NCBI RefSeq assembly: GCF_006345805.1 | Contig: NW_021828030.1 | Location: 1 to 9,159, forward strand | DNA length: 9,159 bases | Origin: Octopus sinensis | Taxonomy: Eukaryota | Direction: 5' to 3' | Shown here: positions 1 through 6,591 of the stretch, in pieces | Numbering within the stretch: the stretch's first letter is position 1 | Layout: every line of letters begins with the position of its first letter | Notes under the pieces: generated by a model | What the model was told of the DNA's origin: nothing | Seen by the model: only the letters and a program-made list of their open reading frames with translations | Databases searched by the model: none | Made by a program: the position numbers and the translations under genes

Positions 1-30
1 TAAGTCTAAGATAAAATAGTTTTAATCTTC

Positions 31-83
31 TATCTTTTACTTGTTTCAGTCATTAGGCTTTGGCCATGCTGCGGCATCGCCTT
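31..83 (-). mobile_element. SINE 3' tail fragment
   Basis: The reverse complement reads AAGGCGATGCCGCAGCATGGCCAAAGCCTAATGACTGAAACAAGTAAAAGATA, matching the tail of the full-length SINE at 7552-7603 (AAAGGCGGTGCTCCAGCATGGCCGCAGTCAAATGACTGAAACAAGTAAAAGA). Confidence 0.7.
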
Positions 84-149
84 GTTTGTCAGTGGAAGTC
101 ATATTCCTCTACTAGTTGACAGCCACTATCTCTCTCTCTCTCTATCTCC

Positions 150-559
150 TTCTCTTTTACTTGTTTAAGTCATTTGACTGCGGCCATGCTGGAGCACCGC
201 CTTTAGTCGAGCAAATCGAAGCCCAGGACTTATTCTTTGGAAGCCTAGTACTTATTCTATCGGTCTCTTTTGCCGAACCTTTAAGTTACGGAACGTAAAC
301 ACACTACCATCGGTTGTCAAGCGATGTTGGGGGGGGTGCAAACACAGACACACAAGCACACACACACACATACTCACATACATATATACATATATACGAC
401 CGGCTTCTTTCAGTTTCCGTCTACCAAATCCACTCACCAGGCTTTGGTCGGCCTGAGGCTATAGTAGAAGACACTTGCCCAAGGTTCCACGCAGTGGGAC
501 TGAACCCGGGATCAAGTGGTTGGTAAGCAAGCTACCTACCACACAGCCACTCCTGCGCC
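150..559 (-). mobile_element. Full-length tRNA-derived SINE, family 1
   Basis: Reverse-complement homologue of 7211-7616 over its whole length. It has a GGCGCAGGAGTGGCTGTGTGG head (Pol III A box), a GGTTCAGTCCC B box, an internal TA/TG microsatellite and a GTAAAAGAG tail. Confidence 0.92.
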
Positions 560-780
560 TATATGTATATGGAATAGTGTAAGCTGTTGTTGAGGTTAGC
601 TTCAAGCCATCCCTGATTGAGCAGACTTATGATTGAAAGTATTCCAGCCGTGACTATCCCCTCTTCATCTTTGATTTAGCGCATTCAGAACAACATTCAT
701 GCAATATGTCCTCGACTCCCGACTGTGAAATTTTGGGGAAACATAGTTGCTATTATATTGGGTTTGCAGAACCATTAGAC

Positions 781-942
781 CGCGCGCGCACGCACACGCA
801 CACACATACACAAGTGCACATACATGCACGCGCACATAAGTACACACACACACACGCATAAACACGCATACACATGAACACATACACGCCCAAGTATGCA
901 TACATACAAATGTGCACATACATTTACGTTTACAAACATACA
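781..942. repeat. CG/CA/TACA-rich low-complexity microsatellite
   Basis: Directly visible degenerate (CA)n/(CATA)n. Confidence 0.85.
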
Positions 943-976
943 CCGAGTTAGAGCGTCAGATAGACTGCCTGTGCTT

Positions 977-1000
977 TATATATATATATATATATATATA
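977..1000. repeat. (TA)12 microsatellite, left flank of the foldback element
   Basis: 12 TA units followed by CA. Confidence 0.95.
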
Positions 1001-1147
1001 CAAAAAGCAATAAAGATTCAAGTCAATTTTAATGAATTTACTTGAATATGGTACCTAACTTAGATGCACCAAAAAACTATACTGTTTTAACAATACAGTA
1101 ATGTGGGGTGATTATAAGCGAGAAAGAAGCAACAAGAATGGATAAGT

Positions 1148-1238
1148 TTTTAGTACAATCGTTTCATACAAGGACAGGCTTTATTAAAAGTTGCAAAAAT
1201 TGCAGCATATAAACGTGTCCCGTACTCATCAGCTAAAA
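1148..1238 (-). ncRNA. Type I hammerhead ribozyme motif (left arm, minus strand)
   Basis: Mirror copy of 1515-1605 with an identical core. Predicted cleavage is between 1154 and 1153. Confidence 0.78.
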
Positions 1239-1514
1239 TACATGTGAGTTCTCTAGACATCCTAGTGGTTGAGGCTATACTCATGAAGTAATGTAGATAA
1301 TTAAGTAACATAAACAGATTTCCATATGTGCTCTATGGATTAGGTCACCTTCTCTGTGATGCTATTAGAACTTTTTTAAAATTCTGTGATAAGACTGTAC
1401 ATCATCTTTAAAGAACTTTAATGAACTTTGGAAATCTGTTTATGTTACTTAATTATCTACATTACTTCATGGGTATAGCCTCAACCACTAGGATGTCTAG
1501 AGAACTCACATGTA

Positions 1515-1605
1515 TTTTAGCTGATGAGTACGGGACACGTTTATATGCTGTAATTTTTACAACTTTTAATAAAGCCTGTCCTTGTATGAAACGATTGTAC
1601 TAAAA
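1515..1605 (+). ncRNA. Type I hammerhead ribozyme motif (right arm, plus strand)
   Basis: Stem I TTTTAG (1515-1520) / CTAAAA (1600-1605). Core CTGATGA (1521-1527). Stem II GTACGGGAC (1528-1536) / GTCCTTGTAT (1578-1587). GAAA (1588-1591). Near-palindromic stem III ACGATTGT (1591-1598). GUA cleavage triplet ending at 1599. Confidence 0.8.
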
Positions 1606-1636
1606 ACCTATCCATTCTTGTTGCTTCTTTCTCGCG

Positions 1637-1660
1637 TATATATATATATATATATATATA
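1637..1660. repeat. (TA)12 microsatellite, right flank of the foldback element
   Basis: 12 TA units followed by CA. Confidence 0.95.
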
Positions 1661-1662
1661 CA

Positions 1663-1690
1663 CTAGCAGAATTGCCCGGCGTTGCTCGGG
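1663..1690 (-). mobile_element. Helitron 3' terminus (GC-rich hairpin plus CTAG)
   Basis: Minus strand reads CCCGAGCAACGCCGGGC-AATTCTG-CTAG|T, the canonical Helitron hairpin and CTRR end followed by T. It matches 4345-4371 at 25 of 27 positions. Confidence 0.88.
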
Positions 1691-1763
1691 GCTGAATTGC
1701 TTGAAGTACTGTTACTGATTGCACTGAATATGATGATTATTCAGGCAAATATTGATATAAGTT

Positions 1764-2272
1764 TACGGTTGGAGATAAGGACTTAACGATCAAACGTGTG
1801 CCATTGCATTGTTTTGGGGGGAACCAAATTTTCTGATGAGCATATAGGGGCACCAACTTTAAGTTTGAGAAAGTGTGGTGGTAGTCCGGGGTGCTCAAAG
1901 GAATTGAGTACCTCTATTGGATAGTTGATGACGTCCTCTGGGTCGGAGTTGTAATCGATAGACTGATATACATAGACTTCCCCAGGAATGAGTTTTAGCA
2001 TTTCATCATTAATATGGTGAACAGTTTTATTCCTCGGGGCAGTATAGCCTTTTTGCCATCCAATCCATATTCTGATAATTAGCTTGTAGATCTGGGAACA
2101 CTGCATCTCTGAGATCAGAAGGCGTTTTAACAATGGTACAAATGGAATCGATGGCAATATTACCATTTTCATCCCCTGGTATTTTGCCTTCGCCAAGTGC
2201 AAGGAGAGTGTGAGGAAATGCTGCTGATGTCATATTACGTCGCATATGAGCACGCATATTGGTGTGAAGTTG
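1764..2272 (-). pseudogene. Frameshifted, internally deleted Helitron Rep/Hel PIF1-family helicase fragment
   Basis: Joining frames gives QLHTNMR...LLALGEG...AVFPDL...WMAKR(A)IL(A)PRNKTVHHIN...YQSID...YPIEVLNS...GLPPHFLKLKVGAP(IMLIR)NLVPPK(QCNGTRLIVK)SLSPTV. These are hallmark Helitron PIF1 motifs (LxxNMR, ILAPRN, GLPPH, CNGTRL). There are at least five single-base frameshifts, and the downstream motifs (INKSQG, GQxYVALSR type) are absent. Confidence 0.95.
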
Positions 2273-2499
2273 AGAGTTACTTCCTTTATTTAAAAAAATA
2301 TGCATTAAAATGGAAAAAAATGATGGTAAATTATTTGTAAAATCATAGACTCATCGTAGACGCGCGCTAATACCCAGAAAGGCTCGATATGAATCACGAC
2401 TATAAGATACCCGGTTTTGGTTAAACTGCATCACAAATGTGGGAGTATTAGGAATCTAAATCGGAGAGACAGACACACAACCTTTCTTTTATATATAAA
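2272..2499 (-). mobile_element. 5' portion of non-autonomous Helitron family A, lacking its terminal TC
   Basis: Collinear and highly similar to 4405-4638 of the complete element. Confidence 0.92.
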
Positions 2500-2500
2500 T

Positions 2501-3331
2501 ATTTTCGTCCTAAAAACTTTGTATGGATTGAATGGTTACCTCTATGGAAATATATACCGCACATTATACATACATGTGTGTATAGATGAATATATAAATA
2601 CATTTATATACTATATACACTTTTGGGCGATCTTTCTGTTTCTTAGAGATAACTTTAGATCTTTTTCGTCCTAAAAAACTTTGTATGGAGTGAATGGTTA
2701 CCTCTATGGAAATATATACACAACACGTATACATACATGTGTGCATAGATGATATAAAATACATTTATATATCTATATACACTTTTGGCGATCTTTCTGT
2801 TCTTGAGATAACTTTAGATCTTATTTTCGTCCTAAAAAACTTTGTATGGAGTGAATGGTTACCTCTCTGAAATATATACACACACGTTATACATACATTT
2901 GTGCATAGATGATTATATAAATACATTTATATATCTATATACACTTTTGGGCGATCTTTGTGCTACTTAGAGATAACTTTAGATCTTATTTTCGTCCTAA
3001 AAAACTTTGTGCGGAGTGAATGGTTACGTCTATGGAATTATACACACACATTATACATACATCTGTGTATAGATGAATATATAAATACATTTAAATATCT
3101 ATATACACTTTTGGGGGATCTTTCTGCTACTTGTATATACTTTAGATCTTATATTCGTCCTAAAAAACTTTGTATGGAGTGAAAGGTTACGTCTATGGAA
3201 ATATATACACACACATTATACATACATCTGTGTATAGATGAATATATAAATACATTTAAATATCTATATACACTTTTGGGCGATCTTTCTGCTACTTGGA
3301 TATAGGTCTTATATTCGTCCTAAAAAACTTT
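2501..3331. repeat. Tandem array of 5 full ~160-165-bp units plus a partial sixth
   Basis: The anchor CGTCCTAAAAA starts at 2506, 2667, 2828, 2993, 3156 and 3316 (periods 161, 161, 165, 163, 160). Confidence 0.97.
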
Positions 3332-3336
3332 CCTGT

Positions 3337-3433
3337 CACACACTCACGCACACGCACACACACACACACACACGCACCCTCACACACACACACGCACACA
3401 CACACTCACACACACGCACACACACACACACAC
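3337..3433. repeat. (CA)n/(CACG) microsatellite
   Basis: Directly visible. Confidence 0.95.
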
Positions 3434-3583
3434 GTTAGCTTACAATTTTATTTATATATTTGCGTGTCTATGTGTGTAAAGAGGAAGTGGGAATGCAGAG
3501 TGAAAGAGTCACTCAGTACAAAAAGTGAATTACTTTCACTTTATTCGTTGCACACTGTGTGTGCGCGTGTGCGTGTGGTGTAG

Positions 3584-3801
3584 GCCACACTAAGAAAAGC
3601 ATTTGACTTATACACCACAATGTGAGTTTTCTCTAAATTTTGCTTAATTGGGGTTGAAATTTTAAAAACTGGACCTGGCACGACCCGATGCATTCTACTC
3701 TTAAAAATGCTAGGTAAGTTTTAAATCGAAGAAATCCTATATTGTAGATTTCTATACGATACAAAGGGAGGCAGATTAAATATGCCTTTTATAATAAGAG
3801 A
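3584..3801 (-). mobile_element. Probable 5' end of a second Helitron-type family (B)
   Basis: Minus strand begins A|TCTCTTATTATAAAAGGC. This has the Helitron A^TC start, the same TCT-TAT-ATAAA architecture as family A (TCTTTATATATAAAG), and a subterminal AGGCA...TGCCT hairpin. The left boundary is uncertain. Confidence 0.55.
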
Positions 3802-3802
3802 T

Positions 3803-3870
3803 ATACACATTCAATACATATATACACACTTACACGTATACATATTCAATATATATACACACTTACATGT
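3803..3870. repeat. Imperfect ~34-bp tandem duplication
   Basis: ATACACATTCAATACATATATACACACTTACACGT (3803-3837) followed by ATACATATTCAATATATATACACACTTACATGT (3838-3870). Confidence 0.85.
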
Positions 3871-3878
3871 CCACCCCA

Positions 3879-4173
3879 CCCTCCGAGCTGGACGGGACGC
3901 CAGTCCATCACAGCATTACTCAAGAAACTGGAAGAGGGAGTGAGAGAAAGTTGTGGTGAAAGAGTACAACAGGGGTCGCCACCAACCCCTGCCGGAGCCT
4001 CGTGAAGGTTTTAGGTGTTTTCGCCCAATAAACACACACAACTCCCTCTTCCAGTTTCTTGAGTAACGCTGTGATGGACTGGTGTCCCGTCCAGCTGGAG
4101 GGAGCACATACACCACAGAAACCGGTAAACCGGGCCCATTAGCCTGGCTTGGCTTGAAAAGGGCAACGTTTAT
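3879..4173. mobile_element. Headless SINE (family 3) with an inverted 5' segment and a ~62-bp inverted duplication
   Basis: Arms 3879-3941 and 4041-4102 are inverted repeats (2 substitutions, 1 indel). Sequence on both sides resembles, from recall, the body of an octopus tRNA-derived SINE: minus strand at 3879-4040, plus strand at 4041-4173. Confidence 0.7.
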
Positions 4174-4299
4174 CGTTACATATGCACATACATACATGTA
4201 TATTTATATACTTCTTTTTGTGCACGTGCTCACGTTCGTTGTTTTTCTTATTTTCGCTTTTTATGCGTTTATTTGAATTGTTTCATTATATGATTTTAC

Positions 4300-4303
4300 T
4301 ATA

Positions 4304-4344
<41 letters not shown>
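4300..4344. repeat. (TA)n microsatellite
   Basis: Directly visible. Confidence 0.95.
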
Positions 4345-4345
<1 letters not shown>

Positions 4346-4640
4346 TAGCAGTATCGCCCGGCGTTGCTCGGTTTGTAAGGGAAATAACTATATAAGCATT
4401 TTTAGAGAGTTACTTCCCTTATATAATAGCAAAAAATGCATTGAAAATGGGAAAAAATGATGGTAAATTTTTTTTTAAATCGTAGACTCATCGTAGACGC
4501 ACGCTAATACCCAGAAGGGCTCGATATGAATCATGACTATAAGATATCCGCTTTTGGTTAAACTGCACCGCAAAATGTGGGAGTAGTTAGGAATCTAAAT
4601 CGTAGGAGACAGATACACAACTTCACTTTATATATAAAGA
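4345..4640 (-). mobile_element. Complete 296-bp non-autonomous Helitron (family A)
   Basis: 5' A|TC at 4641|4640-4639. 3' hairpin CCGAGCAACGCCGG (4358-4371) and CTAG|T (4345-4348|4344). No TSD. Inserted at an AT dinucleotide within (TA)n. Confidence 0.9.
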
Positions 4641-4722
<82 letters not shown>

Positions 4723-4732
4723 TATATATATA
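4641..4732. repeat. Interrupted (TA)n microsatellite
   Basis: Directly visible. Confidence 0.95.
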
Positions 4733-4740
4733 CAACACAC

Positions 4741-4915
4741 ACACCAGAGTAAGCACATAAATGTGAAGCAATGTGAAAGAATAGCACTCGAATATTGGAG
4801 GTAGATTAATATGCTCTACTCGGAATTCGACTGAGGAAAGAAAACTCCGAATGACTCGTCCTTGTTTTCTTTGTATCGTCTGTCGGGATGTTTTGCGTTG
4901 TGTGTCCCATTTTGT
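4741..4915. mobile_element. Unclassified interspersed repeat fragment embedded between (TA)n tracts
   Basis: Complex sequence bounded on both sides by microsatellite. It resembles an abundant octopus repeat from recall only, and it is single-copy in this window. Confidence 0.3.
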
Positions 4916-4933
4916 ATTATATATATATATATT

Positions 4934-5012
<79 letters not shown>

Positions 5013-5054
5013 ATTATATACATATACATATATATACACATATACATATATATA
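4915..5054. repeat. Long interrupted (TA)n microsatellite
   Basis: Directly visible. Confidence 0.95.
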
Positions 5055-5193
5055 AGCAATAATAAATCTCTGAGCGAGGTAAAAACAGTAGCTGCACGAT
5101 ATCGTGAAGTATATTTGCCACTTAAATGTGGCTAACCCTTAAGGCTACTGTAGCTTGTAGCCCCAGGAGGACACCTCCTCCGGCTGGCTATTG

Positions 5194-5217
5194 ACACACA
5201 CATGCATAGTCACACAC

Positions 5218-5249
<32 letters not shown>

Positions 5250-5326
5250 CACACACACAAATATATACACACACACATACATACACATACTTGCACACAC
5301 ACATATACATACACACACACGCACAC
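5194..5326. repeat. Compound (CA)n/(TA)n microsatellite
   Basis: Directly visible. Confidence 0.9.
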
Positions 5327-5380
5327 TCATGTCTGTTACAAATTGTGGCAGAAATCCCAGCAATTCCGTAGAAGGAGGTT

Positions 5381-5535
5381 CTCAACTGGTACTTTTTTTA
5401 TAACCCCGCCCCTCGAAAGGATGTAAGGCAAAGTCGACCTCAGCGGTATTTAAAACTCAGAAAGGTAAAGATGGACGAAATGCCGCTACGCCTTTTATGC
5501 CCGGCGCGGTAACGATTCTGCCAGCTCACCGCCTT
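5381..5535 (-). mobile_element. 3'-truncated tRNA-derived SINE, family 2
   Basis: Minus strand reads AAGGCGGTGAGCTGGCAGAATCG (A-box-like), then a degenerate B box GAGTTTTAAATA, then GGTCGACTTTGCCTTACATCCTTTCG...AAGTACCAG. The last part resembles a conserved SINE central domain (Meta-type, from recall). Confidence 0.72.
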
Positions 5536-5774
5536 TTTTTTTATAGGCGCATTCTTATTAAAATAAGAGGAGAGGAAATTGCAAACAAAGAGATCGAGCA
5601 CCGCGCCAAATTATGACAGGCAAGTGGCACGCGTACGTGAGACAGCAACTGGTGTGTTTGGCAGGTCGTATTGAGGGCTTTACAAGATAACATGATAAGA
5701 GAATAAGAAAGAAAGGCAAAAAGGGAAAAAAAGAAGACGGGACTCGACAAAGTGTGTTTATGTGAATTAGGGTT

Positions 5775-5931
5775 GGTGGTGGTGGTGACGGTGGTGGTGG
5801 TGCTGTTCTTAACTTGGAAGGAAGTTGTTTAAGGTAGCAAACAAAGAAAAACCATCCATCCATCCAGTCAGCAGGCCAGCAAGCCAGCCGGTTGGTTGGT
5901 TAGCCAGCCAGCTAGCCAAGCCGACCGACCG
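5775..5931. repeat. (GGT)n and degenerate CCAT/CCAG/GGTT/CCGA tetranucleotide repeats
   Basis: GGT run at 5775-5802 and tetranucleotide mosaic at ~5851-5931. Confidence 0.8.
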
Positions 5932-6154
5932 TCAACCTAATTCGTAGAGCGGAGGTGGTTAAGCAGCGATGAGTCGGAGGAGAGGAGGTTGCTGCAGAAA
6001 AACCTACCAAGAGAAGTTGTAGAGTGGTTGGTTGGTTGGTTTATGGTTCATGGGAGAGGCGTGGATGTCAGGTGTGAGAGAGCTGGTGTGACATCAAGTT
6101 GGGGTTGCCAGGTATGAATAAATAAAACAAAGGAGAAAAAGGCGGGGTTCTAAA

Positions 6155-6336
6155 GGCCGGGGCTGGGTGTCGTAAGAGGTTCGATTCTAAACCACGTGGC
6201 ACGGGTTCAGTACCATAGCATGCACACGAACACAGCATAAAGCATGTATCTTGGCCGAGTGTCTTCTACTAGAGCTGTGGGCCGACCAAATACATGTGAG
6301 TGGATTTAGTAGATGGAAACTGAAAGAAGCCTGGTG
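6155..6336 (+). mobile_element. Diverged family-1-like SINE 5' half with a 24-nt insertion
   Basis: Aligns to 7211-7374 (GGGTTCAG, GAGTGTCTTCTACT, TGTGAGTGGATTT, GGAAACTGAAAGAAGCC). Extra sequence at 6223-6246. Confidence 0.8.
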
Positions 6337-6491
6337 TATATATATGTATGCATGTGTATATATTATATATATATATATATATTAAGGTATGTAGAAAAAT
6401 ACAACATGGACAAGAACGTATAACTCTTAGAAGACGATACATAAATATATATATATATATATTTGTGTGTGTGTGTGTGTATATATATTTA

Positions 6492-6591
6492 GGCGCAAGA
6501 GTGGTTTTGTGGTAAGTAGCTTGCTTACCAAATCACGTGGTTCCGGGTTCAGTCCCACTGCGTGGCACCTTGGGCAAGGGATCTTTTCTAT
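6492..6591 (+). mobile_element. Family-1 SINE head, 3'-truncated
   Basis: GGCGCAAGAGTGGTTTTGTGGTAAGTAGC...GGGTTCAGTCCCACTGCGTGGCACCTTGGGCAAG. Homology stops near 6591. Confidence 0.88.

Larger units (their letters stand above)
1118..1635. repeat. Long inverted repeat: arms 1118-1324 and 1429-1635 (207 bp each), 104-bp spacer
   Basis: Base-by-base comparison shows no indels and 4 mismatches (1145/1608, 1194/1559, 1202/1551, 1281/1472), all transitions. Confidence 0.97.
1001..1636. mobile_element. Hammerhead-bearing foldback element, probably a non-autonomous Penelope-like (PLE) derivative with an inverted partial pLTR
   Basis: 207-bp inverted repeat with an HHR in each arm, a 117-bp extension beyond the left arm only, and (TA)12CA on both sides. 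HHRs in pLTRs and inverted partial pLTRs are known PLE features. No RT or GIY-YIG coding sequence is present, so the class assignment is inference. Confidence 0.6.

Noticed and set aside
590-661. Possible interspersed repeat fragments (also 6595-6895)
   Set aside because: They look familiar from recall of octopus repeats but are single-copy here and have no diagnostic termini, so they cannot be supported from the window.
1421-1603. 60-aa ORF MNFGNLF...
   Set aside because: It lies in the inverted-repeat arm and overlaps the ribozyme motif. It has no recognisable protein features.
1833-1839. CTGATGA on the plus strand
   Set aside because: It is antisense to helicase codons, and no stem II, GAAA and stem I arrangement can be built.
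1783-2305. Functional PIF1 or Rep/Hel CDS
   Set aside because: Multiple frameshifts, no Rep domain, no N-terminal helicase motifs and no C-terminal motifs. The N-termini of both listed ORFs are out-of-frame or non-coding sequence.
2501-3331. Tandem array as a CRISPR array or retrozyme
   Set aside because: The units repeat along their whole length with no unique spacers, and there are no cas genes in a eukaryotic context. The minus strand has GGACGAAA in each unit but no CUGANGA or GUCC partner, so there is no hammerhead.
1325-4040. Similar spacer lengths (104 and 99 bp) in the two long inverted repeats
   Set aside because: The elements are unrelated in sequence and probable mechanism. Two cases cannot exclude coincidence.
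4831-4860. CTGAGGA...CCGAAT...GTC as a hammerhead
   Set aside because: GAAA is GAAT, stem II lacks a closing pair and stem I does not form. At most it is a heavily decayed remnant.
4082-5426. ORFs rich in YIYI, HTHT and CVCV (also 665-943, 3296-3583, 7030-7439, 8181-8528, 8583-8855, 8930-9130)
   Set aside because: They are translations of stop-free microsatellite and SINE sequence, with no domain signal.
5969-6076. 35-aa ORF MSRRRGGCCRK... as a small exon
   Set aside because: Very short, partly built from GGTT repeats, with a weak acceptor context and no supporting evidence.
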